From positions 58,344,001 to 58,408,000 of the forward strand of contig NC_045697.1 of NCBI RefSeq assembly GCF_009834535.1: a DNA stretch of 64,000 nt, written 5' to 3'. The stretch comes from Camelus ferus. Lineage: Eukaryota. How positions within the stretch are numbered: the first letter of the stretch is position 1; each line of letters begins with the position of its first letter. Positions 1-12,950 of the stretch are shown one piece after another. The notes beneath the pieces are model-generated. The model searched no databases. It saw nothing but the letters and a program-made list of their open reading frames with translations, and had not been told where the DNA came from. The translations under genes were made by a program, and so were the position numbers.

Positions 1-99
1 AGATCTAAAATTATTCTAGTTTGTATTTATTCATTAATATCTATGAAAACCAACAAACCTATGAAATAATTGGATGGCCATAAAGAGAGGTAGAAGGGA

Positions 100-620
100 T
101 AATAAATGTACTACTATAACCATTATAGTAGAGAGTCAATAGAAGACACTTTCTAAAGTCTATGAATCAGTAAATAGATGTTTAAGCATATTATATAAAT
201 GTATAGTTACCTTCAATAAGTACCAAAATAAAAGTATAAACCTTTCAAAATAGCAGAAATAGAAAAAATTTATTAAAAAACAAACAAAAAATTTAAAACT
301 AAATATGAAAATCCATAAACAAAGCACTAAAACAAAATATAAATGACAAAAGTATGACACATTATACATATAGAACATAAATATATTACTTTGATAATAG
401 AAATTATATTTCCATTTCAACAGATGACAGTAATTTAAACAAATTGGTCATATCAAATCCTCAGTAATTTGCAAAATATCTTTTAAATTACAGATTCTAT
501 TAGCTAACTATATAATCATTCTGAAAAGTTTTAAAATTTAGAAACGAAAGTATCTAACCAATTGGAAATTTAATTTTATCTTAAACTACTCTTAAAAGTA
601 CTTAAGACTCTGCGTCTGAT
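100..620 (+). mobile_element. Highly decayed ancient L1 (L1M-type) fragment
   Basis: Very A-rich, with L1 ORF2-like words (AACCAATTGGAAATT, TTAAACTACTC, TATTTAGAAAACAAT); boundaries approximate. Confidence 0.4.
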
Positions 621-1369
621 TATTTAGAAAACAATTGTAACAATAATTAGGATGCTTATGAATATTCTATTTTTCCTTTTTTGGTGGACACATAGTGTAC
701 CCCCTCCTTTGGTATTTCCACGTCAATAAGCATTTTTACAATTTCATTAATTGTCCCTCCATTCATCAGATCACTAAATGATCATGTCACTTGTGTCATA
801 AACTGAAGTGCAATAAATTCATGTCTGTTTCCCAATCTTCTATTCTGTTATAACTTGGCCTTTGGGGGATGTGTGCAATTTTTTTCTTTTAACACAGAAT
901 AGTTAGAAATAGTGAGAATCATATTAGCATCTTTTCATCAATAAAATTGAGTCCTGGGACATAATACCACAAGGGAACTTTTTTTTTTGAACTTTGAATT
1001 CAGTCAAAACAACCCCCAACACTGAGACGTTTTCAGACGTACACGAAAAGGAAGCAAAAGACACACACAAAAATTAACAAATCTTAAAGTACAAATTCTT
1101 AAACTAGAAAATAAAAAAAGCAAGCAAACTAAACAAAAGAAGACATTAATAAAACCAAATTGACTCTCTAACTAATAAAAATAAGTATATGTACTTAAAA
1201 GAAAATGAAAATTATCATTTTTGAAGACCATATATTTTCCACCTAATAAAGATGCAAACAGAAGCACTACCAGATCTGCTAATTATAGAGTTTGCCATAT
1301 GCTAATAGTAGTGACATCAATAGTCTCCCTACAAACAACAATAACCTGAAATTTAAAAAATAATAATAA

Positions 1370-2140
1370 CTGTCAGCTTGGAAGTTTTCACACTATCACA
1401 ACAATAAATAAAAAGCTGAACAGGCCAAAAAATCAACAACTCTTCTAAGATTCTTATGAGAAGGGAGGACACAGGGCAATCTGCAGCCCCTAAGATCGGA
1501 GAGACAGGCAGGCAGGTGAATACAGGAAATGGCTGCTTCCTTGAACACAACACTCATGCTGTAGGGAGCAGGGCCCTGGTAGGAAAGCCTGAACTGTAGC
1601 TGACAAACTGTGGGAAATTAGTGCAGACAATTGACAGCTAAAAACTTCAAGGGGATCCTGTCATGGGGGTAGGCGGTGGGCAATACTGTGAGTTTTACCT
1701 CCAGGAGCTGGACCAGGTTCCCATAGTATATATTTGAGGAAAAGACCCGTGAACTTCCGGCAGAGGAGGGGGAAGGGGTTCATTCTGAAACACACCAGAG
1801 CACTCTGTTCTTCTTAACAAGGCCTGCCTGCCCTCAGGGGAAACTAGTTAACCAAATCGTAACTTGCTTTGTATGATCAGAGTCTGATTGACCTGGGCAA
1901 GGGAAATTTCTAACTCCAGCAGCTCGAAGCTTTCCATGTGAAAGAAAGGAAATACCCAACTCCAGCCCACTCCAGCCATCCTGTCCCACCTGATGGAGAA
2001 GAAAAAGCACTGAGACACTCTTGTGAGGTGCACAGTCCAGAGGCAGAGGCTCACTAAAAGACTGAGCCCAATCATAGGACTTCACTCTTCGCTTCTGCCC
2101 ACACCTCACCGCCACATTACTGAAGACCTATTTATAGCAA
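1370..2140 (+). mobile_element. Old L1 5' UTR (L1MD-like 5' end)
   Basis: CACTATCACAACAATAAA...AAAAATCAACAACTCTTC and CCTGCCCTCAGGGGAAACTAGTTAACC resemble L1MD 5'-end consensus (recalled). It is a more GC-rich stretch within AT-rich flanks. Confidence 0.55.
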
Positions 2141-2285
2141 ATGAAAAGTTGCTCAGTCACACTTATTTTTTAAAAATAGATACCCATTTTCCTTGCACCA
2201 ATGAAATTTTTTACTATATATATTTTAAAATACTAAGTTGGTAGATTTATGTTGGTTTGAAAACTTAGGAATTTGGAGTGATATC

Positions 2286-2693
2286 TGAAACTGGCCTCGG
2301 GTCATGGTTGGTTGTGGGGGTGGCAGGGAACTTGGCAAAGAGAGATGGAAGGAAGAGGCAGATGGATTCAGACTGGTAGATGGCTGATTAACAAGCAAGG
2401 GAACTTGCTTACAGGCTTGTCTTCAGCAGCGGCAGGACATGGAGATCTCTGCAATCACACACTAGAATCTTTAAAGTTTATATGGAGACCTTAACCATTT
2501 ATTCCAGTCCATATGGTCTCAACAACACAGTGCTCTCTCGAGGCTATATCCTTGAAATGGCTAAGGCTGTGGGAACACTGGGTGGGTGGAAGGTACATTC
2601 CAAAGACAGAAAGAAGGTGAGGTGCCTCTGACTGCCGGGGTCCAGCTTGCAGGTCAGCCAACAATCATGACCTCTTGATGGCCTCCTCCAACA
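2286..2693 (-). mobile_element. Solo ERV LTR, minus strand, family uncertain
   Basis: The minus strand starts TGTTGG (2693) and ends TTTCA (2286), with TATAAA (TTTATA near 2477). No clean TSD. Confidence 0.6.
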
Positions 2694-3657
2694 ATTTATT
2701 GAGTAAATGTTTGTAGAACCTTCATGAAAGGCAATTTATCCTTTTAAATAGTCCTACATATTTACAAAAATATGTACAGGATATCCACTTGTTTAAAGAA
2801 AATAAATTGGAAACTATGTAAGTGCCCATCAAAACATGTAAATGGTTACATAAATTAAGGAGTTTATATATTAAGCAATACTATGTAGTAATTTAAAAGA
2901 ATAGGAAAGCTATTCTAAATATGAGTACCTCTGCATGTATTAAGTTTAAAAATCTGGTTGCAGAGAAAAAGATGAAAATTATCATTAATTTTATAAATAA
3001 ATGAATCAGACACTGTGTCAGGGAGAGGGTATCGATAGGTATGTATACATGTTCCCTTGTGGTTAAATCTATACAGCTGTGTCTGAAATGATTCACTGCA
3101 ATCTGACAAAGGTTATAGATAGAGTAGAAATTTTAATTTTGCATTATATGGTTTAATTTCTTTATGATAAAATGTACTAATAAATTCTTAAATAATTCAA
3201 TAAAGTTTATTTTAATATGACTCAAAGCTATGACTGTGAGCAATTCAGAAATCTCAAAATATTTATTTTATTATATAGAAAATAACAGAATCACCTAGAT
3301 ATCCTCCAGGTACACAAAGCCTAGAATCAAGCCCAGGCATCCACAAACAAGATGACCTTGAGTAATCAGGATTACCAAGAAGTGGCTAATATGCCGTATC
3401 TGTGCAAAAAAGCATATCCTTGTGAAAACCGTGAATTCAATGTATTGTTATTATTACAGTCCTATAACTCTATGGATTAATTAGTGGTATATCATATTGC
3501 CCAGAGAACAATGTAATTTTTATATATGCGTATATATTATTTATGTCTGTATATAAATTTCTTTACTCCTACTCGACGTGTTTCTTATAAAATGCTCCTC
3601 TGTCCCTTGTAAGCCTAAGTAAAAGATTCTTATCTACAAAGAGGAGAGTGTTCTGGC

Positions 3658-3662
<5 letters not shown>

Positions 3663-3714
<52 letters not shown>
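3663..3714. repeat. (TA)26 microsatellite
   Basis: Perfect TA run read directly. Confidence 0.97.
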
Positions 3715-3720
<6 letters not shown>

Positions 3721-6517
3721 TGAAGTTCTGTTTCTCAAGAAGCTTCATATACCTTGAAATGATCTTACCTTTATTTATAAATAGAATGTACATTTTAACT
3801 AAAAGTACTGATTCTTCCTTGTAAGTTAAAAAAAAGGAAAAAGAAATTTAACTTCTTGGAATAGTTGTTACACATCATAGAGTATTAAATAGATGCCAAT
3901 TGACTTCTCCTCACTTGGTTGTCTCCATGTCAAGGTAAGTCTAGCCAACCTCACCTCTAACTTACTCATTCCCCTAAAGCTTTAATGAACTGATTCTTCC
4001 TAACAGAACAATTATGCTCTTGTAACTAAATCAATCACTCATCATGAGACATGGGCTTGCACTTACTTGTCTGGATCAGGAAGGCTGAGGATAATGGACC
4101 ATTAAGAACTGTGCTTTCCTAGCCACAAAAAATCATGAGGCTTACTGGCAAAGAGTGAGTTTTTAGATAAGAATGAAAATCTTAAGAGGGTCAATTTGTT
4201 TTTAATTCACTTGGAAGACTGCCCTTATTTTTAAAGCCCCACAATGACAGAGTTGCTTATTTTTACTTTAGAACAATTATGTTAAATAAGGACCATACCC
4301 TTATGGAATAACTGACACTGGAAATCTTTTATGAAAAACAAACAAAATCACCTCCCATTAGAAACTTTAACATCAGATTAAAAACCTAAAGCGACTTTGA
4401 AACAAAAAAATGTGTCTTTATAAAAGTTAATGTTAAGTCATATTCAAAATCCGGAGAAAGAGTAACCAAACATTTCAAGCCAAACTCCACTTGCGTTTTC
4501 TCTTCCCCAAACTAAGCAGTATATTTAAATTGATAATTCACCAAACTCAAATTTTAAAAAATTCCTTCACCCCAACTTGAACTCATTCATGTGCAATAAG
4601 AAGAAGTATGTGACTCTAGAGTTCTCGAAAAAGGCAAATGTGAAAATGTTTCTCTGTAAGAGGTCCAACTCTAAGGTTCCTTATAGCTAGGAAATATATA
4701 AACAGTGAACTTAAGATGACAGTACAGCAGAGATGTAAAAACAACTCACTGGTTACTTATCAGGAAAGAGTGTATATGAGAACTGACACACTATTCTATA
4801 GAAGCACATGGAATTCATGCCCTTTGTTGCCCTGACCAGCACAATGCCTCAGTCTATGGTGATAGCCTGTTCGGGGAACACTTGCTCTCTGATCACTCTT
4901 TTCTTGTTTGCAGGCTCAGAAGGAGCAGCATAATACCTTGAAGCTCTTTCTCAGAGTAGCTATTTATTTATGAACAAGAGGGCTAATGACACCGATGGGA
5001 ACAGTTGGTAGAAGATTTGCATCTCACCTGTGTACATTTGCCTGGTAGAATCATGTTTCCTTGTTCCTCAGACTGTCCTCCACCTGACAAAGTGACCTGC
5101 AATTTTGGCAGTCGTTCCTTCATTTCAAACCCTCTAGCAAAAAGCAAATGCCCTTTGAATACAAGGCAAAAAACTGAAGACCTTCAAAGGTGCCACAGAT
5201 TAGCTTTCATTGTTCTTTCCATTGTATATTGAAATTGACATACTTAAGAAAAAGAAAGCATTGGATAAACTTTGTAGCGATTTAGAAGGCTTTCTGCTAT
5301 TACTGGGAAAGGGGATAGATAGTCTTTTCAATAGCTCATGATTTTTTTCTAAATTAGCAATGATTCCCTTCAAAACTTATTAGCTAATAGCAACTCTTTG
5401 TTAATGAGCTATTGTTATGTCTAATGGACCGTGTTTTATCAAGGACTGCATTTCAAAGCCACAGATTTGAGCTTTTAAATTATTTTCTGAAGTATTTCTT
5501 TCCCAATAAACCCTTATTTTTATAATTTCATAAATATAAATTGACACACAGATGGTAAATATAGGACCGTAATTTTGTGGGTGAGAAAGCTAAATCCTAT
5601 GTGCAAGTGAGGGATTTTAGAATCCCAGCTGTTGATTCAGCTGCCGCAGCAAAATCTCCCAAGTGTGGTATTAGTGCTAGCAACTAGGTGCTTAGCTCAC
5701 TCACCACTTCCGTTTCTAAGAGTGACCTCAAGTGACCCCAGTTTGAAAACCAACCTATTTATAATGTACCTGTTGCCTGGAGAACAAGATTATACCACCC
5801 TTCCACACCTTGGTCTCACTCAAACCCTAAGCCAACTCCAAGGAAAAAATCACTTTTCCACATCACACAGGAAGGCATATAACAAATACCACTTAAGCTA
5901 AAATCCCTTAAGAATGTAACATCCCTGAGAGCAAGGACTTGTCTGTTTTGTCCAATGCTCTATCCTGTGTCTAGATTAGCAATACCTTAAAAGAATCTGT
6001 TTGGAATTGAGAAGTTGGGAGATTTATTACTCATTTTCAGGAAAAATCAAATAATTTTTCACTTGGTGGGATTTGGTTTGTTTCTAAATGTAGCTGCCTA
6101 GTCGACCCACAGAAACTGCAAGTTTAGGACATGAGGATTCTTATTCTTTATACTAATGTAAAAGGAGGGAGAGAGAAAAAAATTTTCTAGAATTATAAAT
6201 TATTTACAGCATTTTCATTTCTAAAACTTTCTCCCCTTTGATGAATCATTCACATCTGTTAAAATAAAAAATTTCAAAGTATCAATAGAAAAAAGTTTTG
6301 GCCACAGGAATAGCCAGAAACAAACAACTGCCATTCCTCTAAAAGAAGGAATGTGCATTTAAGGCATAACTTACTGATAGGATCAGAATGTGTTTTAACG
6401 GTCAAAAGGTCCTAAATAGTTAGATGTGAGCTGTAGACAATTTTACGGCATACAACGCACTTTTTAATTGCTCACTTATTTGAGACATGCTGATGTGATC
6501 AAGTTTCTGCAAGTCTT

Positions 6518-6646
6518 ATGTTTTGTGTTTTGGGGGGAGGTAATTAGGTTTATTTATTTTTTTATTTTAACGGAGGTACTGGGGATCGAACCCAGGATCT
6601 CATGCATTCTAAGCGCACACTCTACCACTGAAATTTACCCTCCTGC
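6518..6646 (-). mobile_element. Camelid tRNA-derived SINE (Vic-1 type)
   Basis: Minus strand: GGAGGGTAAATTTCAGTGGTAGAG (A-box-like)...GGTTCGATCCCC (B-box)...AAATAAATAAACCTAATTACCTCCCCCC plus A-rich tail. TSD CTGCA[A/T]GTCTT at 6507-6517 and 6647-6657 (10/11). Confidence 0.9.
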
Positions 6647-6814
6647 CTGCATGTCTTTTAAAAGTAAAAGTGAAACGTTAATAACTTCTTTTTTTAATGG
6701 AAGTAGGTCTACAGCCGAAAGAATTTGCATTTGCTCATGCAGGCAACCCATCTATCCCTCCCACTTTGTTCAGTTACCTGCAAATTTCCTTCCTAATGTC
6801 CCTGATTCTTCTAA

Positions 6815-7250
6815 TTCATTCACTTACTAGGTATTATTGAGAACCTATAGTGTGTAAGGTGCTCAGCTAAGCACTGGACACAGTAAAGAATAAGACCTAT
6901 ATATTCTCCTGCCCTAAGAGAATCTGTGTTCTAGAGAAGAAAAGAGAAATATCAAATATACAATTGCTTTGATAAGTGAGTGAATGATTGAATGAGTACA
7001 TGTCAATTTTGATAAAATCATAAGGAAAAGTTAAAAAAAAAAAAGGAAAGTCAATAGAAACCATGAAAGGAATAATAGGAAGCCTGTATCATATGCAGGT
7101 GAGGAAGGCTTCCTGGCAAAAGTGGCACTGAGGAAGGAACCAAATGATGCAGAGGGTTATCCACTTGATGAGGTGAGGGAAGCACATTTCAGAAAGAGCA
7201 CACATGAGCTCAAGGAGTTGAAGCCAATGCAAGAAAAGTCATGATGTTTG
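6815..7250 (-). mobile_element. L2 LINE 3' fragment
   Basis: TTCATTCAC...TATTGAGAACCTATAGTGTG...CCTGCCCT...GGAAGGCTTCCTGG is typical of an antisense L2 3' end. Confidence 0.6.
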
Positions 7251-8059
7251 CACAAGAAAGGTCTTGGCCTGTCAGAAAAAGGTGTGAATTTAAATTTGTA
7301 AATTTAGTGTAAAGATGAGACTTGCTCAGTTAAGGTTTCTGCTACTTAAATGATGCTCAAAGGTCTTCAAATTCTCAAAATGTTTCTTCAAATAATTCCT
7401 AAAGAAATCTGACTCTCAATGAAAACAAAAACTAGAAACAAACATTAAGAAAAAACTAAAAACAAAAAAAAAACAAAAAAAATTTATTTTTTTCCTCAAC
7501 TATGAGATAGCAGATCAAATATGATATTCTACAGAGAAGTATTTAAATACATGGACTCTAATCTGCATTCTGTTTGGGAAGTTGTAGTCATATAAATTAA
7601 CTTAGCATAACTTTGTTTTAGAGGACTAATGTTGCATTCAGAAAAACTACAGAAAAAAAGCCACACAATATACACCTCATATAATTTTAGGGTTTAATTT
7701 ATAAGACAGGCTTGATCAAATGAGTAATAGGGAAGATATCTCTGTTTACTTTTCCACATGTTGGGAAATTATGAATTATACATGATTCTGTATTCTTAAC
7801 AAGGCTATATCCATTCAAATTTTCTCAATAAATATGCATTATATAATTTCTATTTTCCAGGTTTTCTGCTTGGAACTGGATTTGGAAAAGTGAATAATAA
7901 CCAGTACTAGCCTTCTATTAAGAGGAGATGGCTGAACAACCTGAAAGCTCAAAAGCTTCTTTAACCAATTCAGTATTTTATAGGTATAATTATTATTGTA
8001 ATTCTTTTCTATGTGTTTAATATAGTTTGTTAAAAGCTATTATTAAGAAAAGCACAGAG

Positions 8060-9084
8060 AACTGACAAAGGCTTAATTTCCAGAGTATATAAACAGTTCG
8101 TACAACTTAATAACAAAAAAACAAAGAACCCAATCCAAAAATGGGCAGAAGACCTAAACGAGCAATTCTCCAATGAAGACATACAAATGGCCAATAGGCA
8201 CATGAAAAAATGCTCAGTATCACTAATTGTCAGAGAAATGCAAATCAAAACTACAGTGAACTATCACCTCACACCAGTTAGAATGGCCATCATTCAAAAG
8301 TCCACAAACAATAAATGCTAGAGAGGGTGTGGAGAAAAGGGAACACTCCTGCTGGTGGGAATGTAGTTTGTTGCAGCCATTATGGAAAATAGTATGGAGA
8401 TTCCTCAAAAAACTAAAAATAGTCTTACCATACGACCCAGCAATCCCACTCCTGGGCATATATCCAGAGAGAACTCTAATTCAAAAAGACACATGCACTC
8501 CAATGTTCATAGCAGCACTATTTACAATAACCAACACATGGAAGCATCTAAATATCCATCAACAGATGACTGGATAAGGAAGCTGTGGTATATTTATACA
8601 ATGAAATACTATTCAGCCATAAAAAATAATAAAATAATGCCATTTGCAGCAACATGGATGGACCTAGAGATCATCATTCTAAGTGAAATAAGCCAGAAAG
8701 AGGAAGAAAAATACCATATCATATCACTCATATGTGGAATCAAAAAAAAAGAAAAAAAGGACGCTATGAACTCATCTACAGAACAGAAACAGACTCACAG
8801 ACAATCTTATGGTTAGTAAACAATCTTATGGTTACCAGGAAAGGGAGTGGGAAGGGATGAATCTGGGAGTTTGAGGTTTACAAATGTTAGCCACTATATA
8901 TAAAAATAGGTCTTTTAAAAAGTTTCTTCTGTATAGCACAGGGGACTATGTTCAATATCTTGTAATAACCTTTAATGAAAAAGTATATGAAAATGAATAT
9001 ATGTATGTATATGCATGACTGGGACATTGTGCTGTACACCAGAAATTGACACATTATAACTGACTGTACTCCAATAAAAAAAGA
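8060..9084 (+). mobile_element. 5'-truncated camelid L1 (ORF2 C-terminus, 3' UTR, A tail) with 15-bp TSD
   Basis: ORF2 C-terminal motifs ([15 protein letters not shown]...[14 protein letters not shown]), frameshifted. AATAAA at about 9073. Perfect TSD AAGAAAAGCACAGAG at 8045-8059 and 9085-9099, at a TT|AAGA endonuclease site. Confidence 0.97.
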
Positions 9085-10177
9085 AAGAAAAGCACAGAGG
9101 TGAAGGGAAGAGAAGCTTCTAAAGGAGGTGGTACAATAATTTAGTCGTGAAGAAGGAGTAGACTAGTAGAGATTATACGTCTCACGCAGAAAGAATAGCA
9201 TGCGTGAAGCCAGGGATGTGGGGGAAAAATCATGGAACATTAAGGTAAGAATGAGCCAGGGAGACTGCATCCATACAACTAAGATCAGAGTGAAACTAGG
9301 CAATTATATCCTTTACCAAAATACTGACAAGAGATGAATCAGAGATATGTTCGTAGATGCAACTGTACTTTTTTTTAAAAAGGCATTCATTCCATTTGGC
9401 ATTGTTTCTCCAAATTACATGGGGGAATTTAAAATAAAACATAAAAGTTTCCGTACCTGTGCCACATGTGCCTTAAGTCCCAATTCACAGATGTTACCAT
9501 TGTTAGCATTTTGACTGTCAAGTTTTATGACAGTGACATTACAGTAATTCTAATTAAGCCATTCAAGCTTTGTCTATAGGATGTTTCTAAGATGAGGGAG
9601 TAGAAATAGAAAGGTGGGTGTAGGGGACAGTGTACAGGATATGACTCATAATCTGCAAATATAGATGTAGAGGGTCAGATTGATCAGCTGCTTTGTAAAG
9701 GGGAAAAGGGAGAGTAGATATTGCCTTAAGGTCATTCTGATTTCAGACATGGTTGGGTACAGGATTCCTGAGGGTTTCACATTGACCAGATGTGTAGTAT
9801 ACATAAGAGAGAGGTATTTTAAATCCTTCCCAAGAGGACCACCTGGGAGGGTGCTATGAGCCTACAAGAAAGAATATCTGTGGAGTAGACTGACCAAAAA
9901 GTGGACAGTTAGCCCCTAAAGAAAAATGCATTAACCATATCACAGACATATAGTCAAGTTATCGAAAAAAAAGAATCTTTAAAATACTTTCAAGGTTTCC
10001 TACAATAGAAAAAGTTAGTTTTAAACACACCACCAATCACAGAGTGCACAAAATCATTCTTCTAGCATATATTCAAGTTGTAATAATAATCATGTAATTG
10101 TGTAGCTAACATATATAGAGGACTTAATACTTGCCAGATACTGTTCACACATACACACACATACACGTGTATACATA

Positions 10178-10909
10178 TTGAATTTCATCAATTTCGAGAT
10201 GTCTACTTTCTCACATTGCAACACTTCTGAAATCTAGATGCCTCTGATAATCAGTAGAGTTTTATGACTCATTCTTAATTAGCCAGTGCTGTCGCAGTTG
10301 TCATTGTCTGTCATACCGTTCTTTGGTTGCTCCTGGGGCATATCTGGACAACTGCCCCTCTAAATACTTTAATCAAGGAACTATTTAAGGATATTTTGAG
10401 GAAAAATACAATCTCTGATTGTTGTCTAAATAATCTTTTGTTGATATCTTCTGATAAGATTAAGAAGGCACCTTTATCAAAACTTGTAGGAAGGATGTCA
10501 GTCACTTGGAAGAAAATACCATAAACAGTAATGAAACATTCTTTTGAGAAATGCCCTGTCACTAGTGACATTCATGGCACAGAGAGGAAAGCATGTAGAA
10601 AAATACAGACATCAATGACACTGAGTCAAAAAATGATTCAAAACCTGTTAGACTGAATGTGAAGAAGTTTTAAAATGTATCAATAAATTTATGTCACTTA
10701 GAGCTTCCTTTGTTATGTAAATGGAATGGTAAAAAAACTATGCATAAATAAATTAAAAGGAATTCTTTCAATAATTAAAAAACAAATAGTATGAGTAGTT
10801 TTAAAAGTATTACGTCATAGTTTATTAGCAACTTCTGTTTTTCCTTTTTTAGTGGTACATAAAATAAATGTGGTTTACAATCATTAGTCTTAGATTCTAT
10901 TAAATATGT
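10178..10909 (+). mobile_element. Tigger12/14-like pogo DNA transposon with internal transposase remnant
   Basis: TIR-like ends (TTGAATTTCATCAATTTCGAGATG...TCTTAGATTCTATTAAATATG). ORF 10327-10524 (LNTLIKELFKDILRK...KIKKAPLSKLVGRMSVTWKKIP) resembles the pogo/POGK DDE C-terminus. Appears to interrupt a MIR. Confidence 0.75.
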
Positions 10910-12364
10910 TTTATTAGTTCATTTCTCACAACAGTCTTATGAAATAAGTAATATTTTCCCATTATCTTTCATCTCAAACCTTTGAAAAGTGAGAAAGAGA
11001 AGTTTATTAGAAGAGAAAGAGGTGAGAGAGAAAGAGAAAAGAATCAAAATAACCCCTTCTCTACAAGAAGACAGCCCCCACCCCCGACAGACACTGAGAG
11101 ATCGGGAAAAGTCTTATTTTTGAACAAATATTGAAGAGTCAATTAATACACTGAACCAGAGACTTGAAGGCATGAATCCAGATTATTTAGAGGAAACAAA
11201 ATATTTTTCTGTCAACAAAGAGTGAATAGAAAAGTCATGAGTTTTTATCAAAAATTAACGGCAATCTATTCTGCCTGACCAGTAGAATAAAAAGGACAGG
11301 GGAAGACAAAAATAAAGTTGCTTTTATGATTATACCCTGCGAATTTTTCTTGTTTACTGTACCATGTACCCACTACACATGGAATCAATCAGTGAAGTTG
11401 GCTTGCATGGATTTCTTCTGTACATAGGTGATGATGAGCTAGAGATAGACAGAGACGGTAGAGATGATAAAGATAGATGGACAGAGAGACAGACTGATTT
11501 TTCCCCCTCAGTGACCACAGTCCTTGAATGGGGAACACTAACTGGTGGGTTTAGGTTACTGGGCTGGGACTACTGACAATTTTACCAATAGGGTATATGG
11601 GTAAAGAACCACTAGGTAGGAAACTGGAAACTCCCCTTCCTCCCAACAACTTTTACAAATTAAGGAGGGTATACAGTTGTGGGTTTTTTTGTTTCGTTTT
11701 TTGGGAGGGTGGTAGTGGTAAAGAAGTCTTTTTTCCAGCATCTGTTGTTCAAGTCTGTTTACCTCAAATTCCACTGTGCTTCTCTTTCAGGACCCAGTAA
11801 TTTCACATCTGAGGCCAATTATAAGCTCCTCCTAGAACAGTTCCCTGGCTTGAGCCTAAGGGGAAAGTTATTACTGCCAGCCTATTTATTTACATGAGAA
11901 AGAGGCAGTTCTTTAATGAATCACTGTGCTGATGCCTCCCTGGCCCACTCCCTCTCATACTTTGACTTTGACCTTGGAATTTTTAGAGAAGATCTATGCT
12001 TCTGTCTAGTGCTCAGGGCCACAATTTTCTTTTCTCCTTCAATCTTATCACTTGTTTTCTATCTTCCAGGAATCCCTTTAACCCTTTGTTGCTCTGGCAG
12101 AAATGTTTCCTGATTTTTAATGACAATATTGCATCTTTGTCGTTTTTGTTAAGGTTTTTCTGTAATTTCAGTAGAATCCTCAGAGGAGAGGAAATAGTTC
12201 CCTGAGCTTAGTATTCAGAGAGACTCCTTTAAATGGTTGAATTCAGCCAGAGAGATGTTCTTCAAAATACTGCAGTAATTCATAATATATTAACTGGATC
12301 TATGACATGATTTGAATGGTTATTTTCTAGATTCAGCTTAAATCATTCAAATATTTTAGAATTA

Positions 12365-12681
12365 TTCTCAGTTCCTGAGAATCCCAGCCCCTTCCCCAAG
12401 TTGTTGCAATAATTCTCCCACTTGTTAGCATATGAAATAGCTGAGCTCATAAAAACTAATATCGCCACACCTCATGGCCTTTTCTTTTGCCTTTTGAGAT
12501 GGCCCACACTCTGTCTATGAAGTGTGAATCTCTCTGAATAAATCTACTTTTACTCAACTATGCTCACTCTTGAATTCTTTCCTATGAGAAGCCAAGGACC
12601 CTCACTTAATGAGGCACATCCCTGGGACTCCCTGGGACCTGAGACGTGGCCATCCTTTTGTACTGCAACTTTCCTATATCA
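12365..12681 (+). mobile_element. ERV1-class LTR, 3' portion
   Basis: CATAAAAA TATA-like motif, AATAAA at about 12537, U5-like TGAATTCTTTCC...GCCAAGGACCC, ends in TATCA. Confidence 0.65.
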
Positions 12682-12734
12682 ATATGACTCATTGTGTTTT
12701 CCTGTCTCTTGAAAAAGACTAATCACATGAAGTA

Positions 12735-12950
12735 GTTGTGGCACAGTGGAATGAATAATGAACCAAAAGTCAGAAGATCTCAAGTTGAGAACAAATTCAA
12801 ATTCTCAGTCAGTCATTATACCTCTAAGACTCTCTTTTCCTGTAAAATGACAATAATAAGAAATTTCACAGGGAGTTGTTTAGGATCATATGTGTATTAA
12901 AACAAATGGAGAGAGCATTATAAAATTTATATAAAGCTTGGTTGTTATTA
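12735..12950 (+). mobile_element. MIR SINE
   Basis: GCACAGTGGAA...AGTCAGAAGATCT...CCTGTAAAATG...GTTGTTTAGGATCA core. Confidence 0.65.

Noticed and set aside
6570..6645. tRNA gene
   Set aside because: A and B boxes are present, but it has a SINE tail and TSD and a degenerate A box, so it is a SINE.
8030..8816. Overlapping ORFs on both strands
   Set aside because: All are sense or antisense frames of the L1 copy; these commonly produce spurious hypothetical proteins.
11300..12200. Cluster of short overlapping ORFs
   Set aside because: No consistent frame or splice structure; probably a decayed antisense L1/HAL1 segment that I cannot assign confidently.
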